From Macrostomum lignano (taxonomy: Eukaryota), in contig NIVC01000136.1 of NCBI GenBank assembly GCA_002269645.1, forward strand, positions 124,001 through 188,000: a stretch of 64,000 nucleotides of DNA, in the 5' to 3' direction. Under the pieces are notes generated by a model, which worked only from the letters and a program-made list of their open reading frames with translations, was not told where the DNA came from and did not search any database. Positions within the stretch are counted from its first letter, which is position 1, and each line of letters starts with the position of its first letter. Below, piece by piece: positions 1 to 58,328 of the stretch. The position numbers were made by a program, and so were the translations under genes.

Positions 1-44904
<44,904 letters not shown>

Positions 44905-44910
44905 CTGTGA

Positions 44911-45017
44911 ATTGGTTGGTTGATTGGTTGGTTGGTTGGTTGGTTGGTTGGTTGGTTGGTTGGTTGGTTGGTTGGTTGGTTGGTTGGTTGGTTGGTTGGT
45001 TGGTTGGTTGGTTGGTT
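44911..45017. repeat. (TTGG)n microsatellite at a splice acceptor
   Basis: About 26 units, ending a few nt from the AG at 44905-44906. Confidence 0.97.
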
Positions 45018-45944
45018 TGTAAGGTCACTCCGCAGCCTAACTAGTCCAAAGGTCAATCGATATTTGTCTTCAGTCTAAAAAGTTAGCAGCCAAGCTTTTT
45101 GCTATACAAAACTACATTTTCCAAGTTTGCAACTCAAACTACACAATCAACAAAAAAATGACTGTCGGAAGTTGCCTCCCCCTAATCCGCTCCAATCAGC
45201 TTGATTGCTCTACTAACCTCCGTTGTCTGCTTTATAATTCATGTAAGTAAAACTTTGCACCGGCCATACTGTTAGTCGAGAACAGGGACAAAGCACAGAA
45301 CCCATGCCCAATCACGCACTAGCGAATGCCGCTCACCCATTAGCCAGTCTAAGAGCAGAAATCTAATTGGAAATGTCAATCAGTGCTATGCGGTGAAAAA
45401 AAAACTGGGCGGGCCCTTTGAAAATGCCTGCAGTTGACAGGCTGGCAGATTTATAGTAACTGTCCATGTTTTGGCCCTGCCTGTACTCTCTGCTTGAGTT
45501 ACTCCGTTCAGCATCGTCCAGCAGTTTGTCCAAAGACAATTAGCAGCACACGGAGGGCTGTACAAGGGACCCCTAAGCCCGAGACGCTAAGCCAGCAGCT
45601 CAGCCAAGGTCGGAGCCTCAATTCGTGCGTGCGATTTATGCAAATTTCAACTCTTGCCAATTTTTTCTCTTGCCAAATTTGAACCGATCCGGCGACTCCA
45701 CAGAGCCGCGCTGTTCTCACCGCGGTTCTCTGCGATGGACTGACGCGCTCTGCACTTCATGCCGACTTTTTAGTTATTTAATCAACTAAGTCAGTAAAAG
45801 TGCATTCATTGACCGGATTCGCTTATAGGTCCTACTAGAGCAGGTTCTGATCCATATAGAGTGCAGAACGCAATAACAGCTGATGCCACTTTAGACACTT
45901 TAGAACCGAATGACATTTAATTTTGCACCTGGACTCTAATCTGG

Positions 45945-47500
45945 ACTCTAACTTTAACATTTGGACTCTCACTGTAGCATCTGGACTCTCACTTTAGCAT
46001 CTGGACTCTCAGTTTAACATCTGGACTGTCACTTTAGCATCTGGACTCTCACTTTAGCATCTGGACTCTCACTTTAGCATCTGGACTCTCACTTTAGCAT
46101 CTGGACTCTCACTTTAGCATCTGGACTCTCACTTTAACATCTGGACTCTCACTTTAACATCTGGACTCTCACTTTAGCATCTGGACTGTCACTTTAGCAT
46201 CTGGACTCTCAGTTTAACAGCTGGACTCTCACTTTAGCATCTGGACTCTCACTTTAGCATCTGGACTCTCACTTTAGCATCTGGACTCTAACTTTAGCAT
46301 CTGGACTCTCACTTTCACATCTGGACTCTCAGTTTAGCATCTGGATTCTCAGTTCAGCATCTGGACTCTCACTTTAGCATCTGGACTGTCACTTTAGCAT
46401 CTGGACTCTCACTTTAGCATCTGGACTCTCACTTTAGCATCTGGACTCTCACTTTAGCATCTGGACTCTCACTTTAACATCTGGACTCTCACTTTCACAT
46501 CTGGACTCTCACTTTAGCATCTGGACTCTCACTTTAGCATCTGGACTCTCACTTTAGCATCTGGACTCTCACTTTAGCATCTGGACTCTCACTTTAGCAT
46601 CTGGACTCTCACTTTAGCATCTGGACTCTCACTTTAACATCTGGACTCTCACTTTAGCATCTGGACTCTCACTTTAGCATCTGGACTCTCACTTTAGCAT
46701 CTGGACTCTCAGTTTAACATCTGGACTCTCACTTTAACATCTGGACTCTCACTTTCACATCTGGACTCTCACTTTAGCATCTGGACTCTCACTTTAGCAT
46801 CTGGACTCTCAGTTTAACAGCTGGACTCTCACTTTAGCATCTGGACTCTCACTTTAGCATCTGGACTCTCACTTTAGCATCTGGACTCTCAGTTTAGCAT
46901 CTGGACTCTCACTTTCACATCTGGACTCTCAGTTTAGCATCTGGATTCTCAGTTCAGCATCTGGACTCTCACTTTAGCATCTGGACTGTCACTTTAACAT
47001 CTGGACTCTCACTTTAACATCTGGACTCTCACTTTAGCATCTGGACTCTCACTTTAGCACCTGGACTCTCACTTTAACATCTGGACTCTCACTTTAGCAT
47101 CTGGACTCTCAGTTTAGCATCTGGACTCTCACTTTAGCATCTGGACTCTCACTTTAGCATCTGGACTCTCACTTTAGCATCTGGACTCTCACTTTAGCAT
47201 CTGGACTCTCACTTTAGCATCTGGACTCTCACTTTAACATCTGGACTCTCACTTTCACATCTGGACTCTCACTTTAGCATCTGGACTCTCAGTTTAGCAT
47301 CTGGACTCTCAGTTTAGCATCTGGACTCTCACTTTAGCATCTGGACTCTCACTTTAGCATCTGGAATCTCACTTTAGCATCTGGACTCTCACTTTAGCAT
47401 CTGGACTCTCACTTTCACATCTGGACTCTCATTGGAATACCTGGACTCTCATTTAAACACCTGGACTCTCACTTGAACTCCTGGACTCTCACTTAAACAC
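45945..47500. repeat. 20-bp minisatellite (ctggactctcactttagcat)
   Basis: About 77 units in exact 20-nt register, degenerate at both ends. Confidence 0.97.
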
Positions 47501-49084
47501 CTTTTTACATAATTGAAAGCAATTTTTCAGTTCTATGCAGAGCTCGAAGCAGAATAAGAAATTATGCTCTGCAATAGGAGCACATGGAGAGCAGTATAGT
47601 ACTGAGCATCTGTGAGGCTGTATATTAAGGAAGCTCATTTTCACAATGCCGTCGCTTCCGCTCCGGGATTGATTCGGCGAGATCCGGGAGGGGCTTAGGC
47701 CTCGCTTTCTTTCACCCGCCTCATTTCTCTCTTCCCTCCATTTCGCCTTCCTGCGAACGAGATGAGGAAGATCGAGGATCTCTGCTCGCCCAGAGTCTTT
47801 CCCATGTCTTCATCACTCCAGCCTCAGACGAGGTAGTGCTGTTGTCGTTTTCAATTACCAATTGATGCGGCTTAACAGAAGAGGGGCGAGGCTGGAGGAT
47901 TGAGAGGAAAATGAGAGAGCTGGGTGGCGAGAAGGATGCTGATGTCTAGAGGAGCTAAACTGGAACTATTAGCGCTGTTTCTATCAACCAAGCCGGGTCT
48001 TTAATTAATTTTTTTCAACTAAAAAGGTAGGAAACTTGCTTATTAAAAAAGCTAGAGACCAGCAGGGCAGCATGAAATAGGAAGCTCGCACAGCAAGGAG
48101 GCAGTAAATAACTGCATCCTTAGCTGCCTTTACCCCGCAATCCATCCAATGGCTCCTCCTTGCAGTTATAATACATACTTTTTGCCGAAACATTCTCGCA
48201 ACCTCCGCCCCGCGAAAGCTCAGCAAAGTCGCTAATTGTCACTAATCCGCGAATTTTTCTGAGAAGCGCAGAGACAGAGGAAAGAGAGAGAGAGATGAAG
48301 GGCCTGAGCACTAGTTCAGCTAGTCGTGTCTTCCGACTCAAGCCCATGGCAACTACGGATATACGGGAATAATCTTTCTGGTGCGTTATTTCGTAGAAGC
48401 TCTCACATTTTTGCTCCTGGAGTTCGCGGCTGGCTCGGGCCTACAGTGTAGCATTGCTACAGTTTTATGGGCCCGGCCAGTTTATCAGCGCGTCGGCTCG
48501 CTTTCTAGCTGAGGTTGGGGAGGGGGTGCCGCGGAAGTAGTCAAAGCAGGCAATTCGTTAGGGAACTCCCGGCCTATTCGGTAACCGAATAGGAAAGCTG
48601 CGACCTAGCTATGAACCAATTCTGATACATTCATACTAGGATAAGCCTCGATGCTTGTAGAGCTACTCACGGATTACGCGTACACCTCCGACAGCAAAAA
48701 ATATAGTAGTCAGTAATTGTTTCATAACACATTCTTGATACATAAAATGCCACCCACTGCAGCCTATTTGACTCCCGGCTTGACATCTGAACAGACATTT
48801 TTGACTAGTTACCGCTCAAAGTACTAAATTTTAGTGATGAAAAACTTGAATCTTAAACAACGCATTCAGCAACATCGTGAAACAACCAACGCCGAGGCAA
48901 TTCTGCCCATTTCGCCGACTCCTAAGCACCAATACTGTACGCAGGCACCCACTTATACATACGCTCACACAGGGTGTACAGCTGCACTGACTTTATAATC
49001 GTCAGGTATGTACACTCTCTCTGTGCTTTGGGGAGTTGACCCTCTCGGTCAGTTCTCAGCCAAGCTCCGAATGAATGTGACCGC

Positions 49085-49160
49085 TCACGGAATCGAACCA
49101 GGGTCTCCCGCTGGTCTCCCAATGAGCTGCTCCGTCCCTTGTTCGGTTTCGGTTATTTTA
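49085..49160 (-). mobile_element. Degenerate tRNA-derived element related to 4240-4308
   Basis: Shares the 15-mer cacggaatcgaacca (B box GGTTCGATTCCGTG on the minus strand) with the 4250 element; A box degraded. Confidence 0.4.
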
Positions 49161-49201
49161 GTCGTGTTGCTTTTTATACCTCTTATATAAAGGTTATATA
49201 C

Positions 49202-49627
49202 CTCAGCGCACTCGCAGGGAGTGGCCCGACAGTCGCGCCGTCGCAGCACGCACTTCGGCCGAGTGTGCCGGATCTTCCTGAAGCCCTCCGAGGTGGTCGT
49301 GATGATCGAGGAGCTCGGCGAGGACAGGCCACAGTCCGGCTCTGCTTTGCTAGCGACGGCGGCTGCCCCTGGCGCGTCTGACTCTTCGTTGGGGATCTCC
49401 TCGAGTCGTTTGGGTCGCAGTTTCATCTGAGCACTCGAGCTTGGCGTCTCCATGGTGACAGTCAGGATTGACTGGCGTCGACGTTCGACCTCTCGACGCC
49501 GGTGCCAGAGCAGCCCCATGGCGGCCACAGCGCTGACCCCAGCGACATCGTTGACGTCCTCGGCCAGCATGGACCGCTTGCGACTGGCAGCGCCGGCCTC
49601 GGGCGAGGGAACGCCGTGGACAGACAT
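49202..49627 (-). CDS. Candidate alternative first coding exon (142 aa) spliceable in frame to the PDZ2 exon
   Basis: gccATGtct; MSVHGVPSPEAGAASRKRSMLAEDV...RKIRHTRPKCVLRRRDCRATPCECAE|gtatat; phase 0; GC-rich open island; upstream in-frame TGA with no earlier in-frame ATG. Confidence 0.55.
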
Positions 49628-51094
49628 GGCGAATCGCCTCCGAGCATCTCCTGCTGCTGATTCTTCTTTGAGGGGCCGCCAAAGCGGCGAGAAAAGCAGT
49701 GCAAATTTGTGCAGGCAAAACACAGAGAAGAAACCGCAGATGAGGCCCAGAGAGTGGCAGTCTCGGACTCAGCGAATCACAGCTCTGCTCGGTTGAAGCG
49801 ATGACTGAGCAGTTCAGTTCGAATGCAGCCGAGCGTGCTGATTGCTGCTCAATCTGCCAATCTTATTATCCTTCAATTCTTTAGTGCCGATCGTTTGGGC
49901 CTCGCAAAGTTGCTTTCTTGTTGTTTTTTGCCAGATAATCTGCCAAGGCAACGGAAGATTCTCGAGCTTGTTCTCAACTTTCTACTCAGGATTTGGCAGG
50001 ACGAGAAAGCCGATGCGATGAAAATTCTGCTTGGTAAAATAACGGATGAGCGAGCAGAGAATGGCTGAGTCAAGGAATTGAATTCGTCCCTGGCCTCTTC
50101 AAACCGCTGGCTGGCCGGCGAATCCATATTGGCTGCTCGGGATTCAATTCGGCTGAAGATGCTTGCTCCGAATTTATCGATTGTTACTCAGAACAGCGCG
50201 AGACTCGGTAACGTCTCTACGTCTGGCTGCGATGGTGGCTGTTGGTGTACAGGGCGAACCAGACAGAGCCGTCAGAGTTTTCCAATCGGCTCTGTCGCCA
50301 AAGTTCTTTGTGTTAGAAAGTTAGCAAGAAGTTCGCGAGAGTCAAACTCTCTTTGATTTGGCACAATGGGGCCAATCATCAGGCCATTTTTTACCCAAGC
50401 TTAAAATCAATACGGCTATGTTGCGTTCGCTGCAAATGCCTTGAAACGTGTTCATGTAAGCCTAAATCCATTGAGGCGGCGTCAGTGTTGTCTGCCTGTT
50501 CAGAAACGTTATTAATGTCCGTTATCGCCTACTGCTAGTAAAAAGTTTTAAATTTCTTGCATCCGAAAGTCTGCACAGCACATAACCAGGAACAGATTGA
50601 TACAATAGGAATTTCGAAAAAGCATAAAATTCCGAAGGTGAACAGAATCTGTAGACCTTTGGTCCGCAGTTTTTTGTCTATCTTTCTCAGCAAATAAGTT
50701 TTTGCTCAGATTCGATTGTTTGATCGGGAAACGATTGCCTTCCAGTGGATTGAATTCCCTGCAGCTAACAGCAGGCCCGAGGGGCAGTAAGGGCCCGTCA
50801 ATATTTGCCTGCACTCGTCATCTTTGGCCTCCCAGCTTCAGGGATTCAAGTCTGCTCTCAAAACCCTGCTGTCTTGAGTCTCGCGGAGCGCATCCAGCTG
50901 GCAAACAGGCATGGAGTCCTCCCATTACACATGGCCTGTCCTGCTCATTTGAATAATGCCAGACTCCTCCCACATTTGATGGGGCTCGCCAGCCAAGCCT
51001 GGGAAAGTTCTTTTAACAAAATCTTAATTGGATCTTTTGATCTGATCTTTGCTGCGATTTGCTAGCGTTCTTTGGGCCCCCGATCTGAGATCTG

Positions 51095-51690
51095 AGATGA
51101 ACTCACTCATGAACTCACTCATGAACTCACTCATGAAGTCCTCATGAACTCACTCATGAACTCACTCATGAACTCACTCATGAACTCACTCATGAACTCA
51201 CTCATGAACTCACTCATGAACTCACTCATGAACTCACTCATGAACTCACTCATGAACTCACTCATGAACTCACTCATGAACTCACTCATGAACTCACTCA
51301 TGAACTCACTCATGAACTCACTCATGAACTCACTCATGAACTCACTCATGAACTCACTCATGAACTCACTCATGAACTCACTCATGAACTCACTCATGAA
51401 CTCACTCATGAACTCACTCATGAACTCACTCATGAACTCACTCATGAACTCACTCATGAACTCACTCATGAACTCACTCATGAACTCACTCATGAACTCA
51501 CTCATGAACTCACTCATGAACTCACTCATGAACTCACTCATGAACTCACTCATGAACTCACTCATGAACTCACTCATGAACTCACTCATGAACTCACTCA
51601 TGAAGTCACTCATGAAGTCACTCATGAAGTCACTCATGAAGTCACTCATGAAGTCACTCATGAAGTCACTCATGAAGTCACTCATGAACT
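51095..51690. repeat. 12-bp minisatellite (actcatgaactc), copy 3, very homogeneous
   Basis: About 49 units; gaagtc variant clustered at the right end. Confidence 0.97.
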
Positions 51691-52039
51691 CCTTCATTGG
51701 TGTCGGAAAGCCCCGACTTCAATACCCAGCACGGATTTGTATGGGTATCTGGCCACTAGTCATAAAAATAATAACCTCAGACTCGGAGCCCTGGCTGCTC
51801 TTCATCTGGAAAGAGGAAAGTCATGAATAATGAAGAGCTGAGGAAGCATCCTTACTTGCTTTATTTCTAATTTTCCTTTTTCATATACGCATCGAAGCGC
51901 AGATTGTGAGGATCGTGACCCACAGTGATCCTTAGTATTTCTCATTTCGATGCTCCAGTCATTCGTTTCAATTTTTATGTGACAGAATTTCCATAAAAAA
52001 GTAAAAATGCGGGCTTCTCGAAGCTGGGAAAAGTGGACA

Positions 52040-53920
52040 AAGGACACAGAGAACTGAGTAGAAGGGCGAAGGAAGGGAATAGGAAGGAAAAGGGAGTGGG
52101 GAGAGGAAAAGAGAGGAGTGGAGAGAGAGGAGAGGGGAGAGAGAAGACGGGAGAGAGGAGACGGGGAGAGGAGAGGGGAGAGAGAAGAGGGGAGAGTGGA
52201 GACAGGAGAGGGAGAGAAGAGAGGGAGAGAGGGAGAGGGAGGAGAGAGGAGAGAAGAAGAGGGAAAGAGGAGATGAAGAGAGGAGAGGGGAGAGGAAGAG
52301 GGAAATTGGGAAGAGCAAAATGGAGTGGGAGAGAGAAGGGAGAGAGGAGAGGGAGGGGTGAGGGGAGAAAGGAGAGGGAGAGAGGAGAGGAAAAGAGGAG
52401 AAGGGAAAGAGGAGAAGGGAAAGAGGAGAAGGGAAAGAGAAGACGGGAAAGAGGAGACGGCAAAGAGGAGACGGGAAAGAGGAGACGGGAAAGAGGAGAC
52501 GGGAAAGAGGAGACGGGAAAGAGGAGACGGGAAAGAGGAGAAAGTAAAGAGGAGAAGGGAAAGAGGAGAAGGGAGAGAGGATAAAGTAAAGAGGAGAAGG
52601 GAAATAGGAGAAGGGAGAGAGGAGAAGGGAAAGAGGAGAAAGTAAAGAGGAGAAGGGAAAGAGGAGAAGGGAGAGAGGAGACGGGAAAGAGGAGAAGGGA
52701 AAGAGGAGAAGGGAAAGAGGAGACGGGAAAGAGGAGAAGGGAAAGAGGAGACGGGAAAGAGGAGACGGGAAAGAGGAGACGGGAAAGAGGAGACGGGAAA
52801 GAGGAGACGGGAAAGAGGAGACGGGAAAGAGGAGACGGGAAAGAGGAGACGGGAAAGAGGAGACGGGAAAGAGGAGACGGGAAAGAGGAGACGGGAAAGA
52901 GGAGACGGGAAAGAGGAGACGGGAAAGAGGAGACGGGAAAGAGGAGACGGGAAAGAGGAGACGGGAAAGAGGAGACGGGAAAGAGGAGACGGGAAGAGGA
53001 GACGGGAAAGAGGAGAAAGTAAAGAGGAGAAGGGAAAGAGGAGAAGGGAAAGAGGAGAAAGTAAAGAGGAGAAGGGAAAGAGGAGAAGGGAAAGAGGAGA
53101 AGGGAAAGAGGAGACGGGAAAGAGGAGAAGGGAAAGAGGAGACGGGAAAGAGGAGACGGGAAAGAGGAGACGGGAAAGAGGAGACGGGAAAGAGGAGAAA
53201 GTAAAGAGGAGAAGGGAAAGAGGAGAAGGGAAAGAGGAGAAAGTAAAGAGGAGAAGGGAAAGAGGAGAAGGGAGAGAGGAGACGGGAAAGAGGAGACGGG
53301 AAAGAGGAGACGGGAAAGAGGAGAAGGGAAAGAGGAGAAGGGAAAGAGGAGACGGGAAAGAGGAGAAGGGAAAGAGGAGACGGGAAAGAGGAGACGGGAA
53401 AGAGGAGACGGGAAAGAGGAGACGGGAAAGAGGAGACGGGAAAGAGGAGACGGGAAAGAGGAGACGGGAAAGAGGAGACGGGAAAGAGGAGACGGGAAAG
53501 AGGAGACGGGAAAGAGGAGACGGGAAAGAGGAGACGGGAAAGAGGAGACGGGAAAGAGGAGACGGGAAAGAGGAGACGGGAAAGAGGAGACGGGAAAGAG
53601 GAGACGGGAAGAGGAGACGGGAAAGAGGAGAAAGTAAAGAGGAGAAGGGAAAGAGGAGAAGGGAAAGAGGAGAAAGTAAAGAGGAGAAGGGAAAGAGGAG
53701 AAGGGAAAGAGGAGAAGGGAAAGAGGAGACGGGAAAGAGGAGAAGGGAAAGAGGAGACGGGAAAGAGGAGACGGGAAAGAGGAGACGGGAAAGAGGAGAA
53801 GGAAAAGGAGAGAGGAGAAGGAGAGAGGAGAGGGAGAGAGAAGAGGGAGAGAGGAGAGAGAGAGAGAGGAGAGGGAGAGGGAGAGAGGGGAGAGAGGACA
53901 GGGGAGAGGGAGAGAGGCGA
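52040..53920. repeat. Polypurine tract with a 14-bp core repeat (gaggagacgggaaa)
   Basis: About 1.9 kb almost entirely G/A on the plus strand; 615-bp internal duplication. Confidence 0.96.
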
Positions 53921-54462
53921 GACTGATTATCTATATAAATTCCAGTTATCCAGGGACAAACCGCTGGTACTCAGACAGCGGGCAGATGCACTGACCGCAT
54001 CAAGTGCATTCGTGAGAAATTTGATTCTTTCCGATATCAGGATGATATCTCCTTACTTTTTGGTGAATGTGAGTGTAAGGCTGGACTGAAGGGAGATTTC
54101 GCTGTCCCTGGAGACATGCACTTATGGAAAGCAGATATTTTTTAAGCTCATGCATCCTATTCTGCACGGGAGCTCCCCGTGCTCATTGGAGCGGCTGCTA
54201 TGCGAGAAAATTCAATAATGCTTGACTGCAGGATGCATTGGCGCGTTTCAACGATTGGGGCGCGACTCGGAATTTGAGCACACCGAAGCGAGCTAACTGG
54301 GATGAAGGAGTGTCTTCTACTGCCACGGTGAGTGCTCGGGAAAATACTTTTGTACAGCATTGGCGCCTCGACTTTTAAGCAGCGGCTTGAGCACTAGTGA
54401 ATATACATGTAGTTACATGTACTATTGGCTTTGAATTATAACACCCACTGAGAATTGACAGG

Positions 54463-55508
54463 GTGAGAATAGACATGCTAAGATTAGACATGGTGAGAAC
54501 AGACATGGTGAGAACAGACATGTTGAGAACAGACATGCTAAGATTAGACATGCTGAGAACAGACATGCTGAGAACAGACATGCTTAGAACAGACATGTTG
54601 AGAACAGACATGCTGAGAACAGACATGCTGAGAACAGACATGCTGAGAACAGACATGCTGAGAACAGACATGCTGAGATTAGACATGGTGAGAACAGACA
54701 TGGTGAGAACAGACATGTTGAGAACAGACATGCTAAGATTAGACATGCTGAGAACAGATATGCTGAGAATAGACATGTTGAGAACAGACATGCTGAGAAC
54801 AGACATGCTGAGAACAGACATGCTGAGAACAGACATGCTGAGAACAGACATGCTGAGAACTGACATGCTGAGAACAGACATGCTGAGAACAGACATGCTG
54901 AGAACAGACATGCTGAGATTAGACATGGTGAGAACAGACATGGTGAGAACAGACATGTTGAGAACAGACATGCTAAGATTAGACATGCTGAGAACAGATA
55001 TGCTGAGAATAGACATGTTGAGAACAGACATGCTGAGAACAGACATGCTGAGAACAGACATGCTGAGAACAGACATGCTGAGAACAGACATGCTGAGAAC
55101 AGACATGCTGAGAACTGACATGCTGAGAACAGACATGCTGAGAACAGACATGCTGAGAACAGACATGCTGAGAACAGACATGCTGAGAACAGACATGGTG
55201 AGAACAGACATGCTGAGAACAGACATGGTGAGAACAGACATGCTGAGAACAGACATGGTGAGAACAGACATGCTGAGAACAGACATGCTGAGAACAGACA
55301 TGCTGAGAACAGACATGGTGAGAACAGACATGCTGAGAACAGACATGCTGAGAACAGACATGGTGAGAACAGACATGCTGAGAACAGACATGCTGAGAAC
55401 AGACATGCTGAGAACAGACATGGTGAGAACAGACATGCTGAGAACAGACATGGTGAGAACAGACATGGTGAGAACAGACATGGTGAGAACAGACATGCTG
55501 AGAACAGA
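54463..55508. repeat. 15-bp minisatellite (gagaacagacatgct)
   Basis: About 70 units; near-exact 240-bp block duplication (54661 vs 54901). Confidence 0.97.
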
Positions 55509-55764
55509 AATCTCCCCAGAAAAGGCGGCCAGTTTTAACTGCACTTGGCGGATCGCACTCGACCGCGGCGTGGCCATGGACACTTTCTATCCCATGCAGC
55601 GAGAAGCAGTGCTCAAGTAAAAGTTCCCCTCCGCCAGTGGGCTCTGGCTAAGGGAGGGAGAAGAGCTGAGCAACTCAAATTGCTTCCACGATGCGCTGCT
55701 TCTCTGCCTGAACCCCCCTGACACTGATTGATCGCCCCCACAGTGTCTGGAATCCCGCAGGATC

Positions 55765-55766
<2 letters not shown>

Positions 55767-55811
<45 letters not shown>
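55767..55811. repeat. (CT)n microsatellite
   Basis: Seen directly. Confidence 0.95.
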
Positions 55812-55815
<4 letters not shown>

Positions 55816-56089
55816 CCATCTCGAATTTCTGTTTCCTGCTTACTTCCAGCAGTCCGCCCTCCATTTCCTCTTGTCCACTTCCTCAACTGCTTGCCTCGGA
55901 AGTCTTCTTTTACAGTTTCAATTTCTGGCTTTTTTATTCCGATTTTATTGTTGCTGTGCCCAGATTTGCTTGCTCTGAGATGCTCATAATTATTTAAGAT
56001 CAATTGATTATTTTTTGTTTTAGGAGTTTATCTAATCCTTATTGTCCCTCTTCTCTCCGTCACACTTCTAGCTGTCACTCTTTTTTTCC

Positions 56090-56220
56090 TCACACTTCTC
56101 GCCGACACACTTCTCGCTGTCACACTTCTCGCTGTCATACTTCTCGCCGTCACTTTTTTGTCACTCTTCTCGCCGTCACTATTTTTCCGTCACACCTCTC
56201 GCCGTCACTCTACTGTCTCA
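56090..56220. repeat. Degenerate 17-18-bp repeat (cacacttctcgccgtca)
   Basis: About 6 diverged units. Confidence 0.65.
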
Positions 56221-56675
56221 CTGTCACCACCGTTTGCTTTCAGTTATTTTCCGTTAATAATAGCCACTTTAACAACAACTAACCGCTTGCAAATAAAAGT
56301 ACAAATTTATCAGCCAGTGACTTCTTTCTGGTCTGGAAAGGTGCCAATGGCACTCCTGCAAGCTGTCTGCAGAAAGATTTCCAATACCTAATTTGTTTTT
56401 TTCTGGCAAGAAAGCAAACCCAAGTCGCGCTGACTGAGAGTTTGATGCCTGAATCGGGATCTGGTATTGAAGATAGGAAAAAGTGATAAGCGCTATCCGC
56501 CTGGCGCACACCTTTGCCAGCCACTTCTGGCTCTGGCGAGGCACCGAAAACACTGCGTGTGTTTTTTCACACGATGCGAGAGCGCTGCAATCAGGCAGAA
56601 GCTTTCAGGACTGGCTGGGGATGCTGAGGCTGATGAAGTGCAAATCTGCACTTTAGGGAATTCTGATTTAGGTAT

Positions 56676-57335
<660 letters not shown>

Positions 57336-58016
57336 GTGTCCAGAAATAGATCCATCCATAAAGCTGCTTTCAACCTATAAAAATACATTTTCACCCCAGG
57401 TGCCCGGCAGCTTAGCACCCCACAGCTGACTTAAACCGCCTGCCTAATCTGCCGTCTCCCCTCGGCAGTTGCCTGAAACTTCCACCTGAAAGCCGCAGTG
57501 GAACAGAAAACGATTTTGGCGAAGAAAAATATAGTAATGGAACACGCATTCAGCCAGCCCAGAGAGGACTTTCGAGGCGGAGCTGATAATGGGACACGAA
57601 CTGGGAAGGCCATCTTCCCGCTTCTTCCGCTTGCCTTCCCATTTTAACTCCCCACCTGAGCTACCCCTAAAGCTCGAGAGCATTATTGAATTCATCGAGC
57701 CGAGAGCGGGAGAAGGCGGGGTCGCTGTGAGAGTCACTTTTCTTCGCTGGCATCTCGAGGGTTGCTCACCAATTCAATGGCGCGCCCTGCTTCAGAGGCA
57801 TTTTCTGACAATCAATATTCACACAAAAGTGGAGAGCTCACCATGATGACGCGGCGCTTTCACAGCAGCTTCCGACACTCAGTGCTCGGTGAGAGAATGG
57901 CGCCTCTGGAAATGGGCGAAGGAACTTCTGTCAGATACTTTTGACTTGCTTTAGTAAACATGCTAAATGCGCATGAGTCACTCTGATTTTTTGCCATACA
58001 AAATTTCCAAAATTGT

Positions 58017-58328
58017 GCCACATTTCTGAGCCACAAACGCATCAGGATGTGACCCATTTCTGATCCACAACCGCGTCAGAATGTGACACATTTCTGGGCC
58101 ACAACCGAGTCAGGATGTGACACATTTCTGGGCCACAACCGAGTCAGGATGTGACACATTTCTGGGCCACAACCGAGTCAGGATGTGACACATTTCTGGG
58201 CCACAAACGCATCAGAATGTGACACATTTCCGAGCCACAACCGCATCTGGATGTGACACATTTCTGAGCCACAACCGCATATGGATGTGACACATTTCTG
58301 ATCCACAACCGCATATGGATGTGACACA
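58017..58328. repeat. 34-bp minisatellite (atgtgacacatttctgggccacaaccgagtcagg)
   Basis: About 9 units. Confidence 0.93.
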
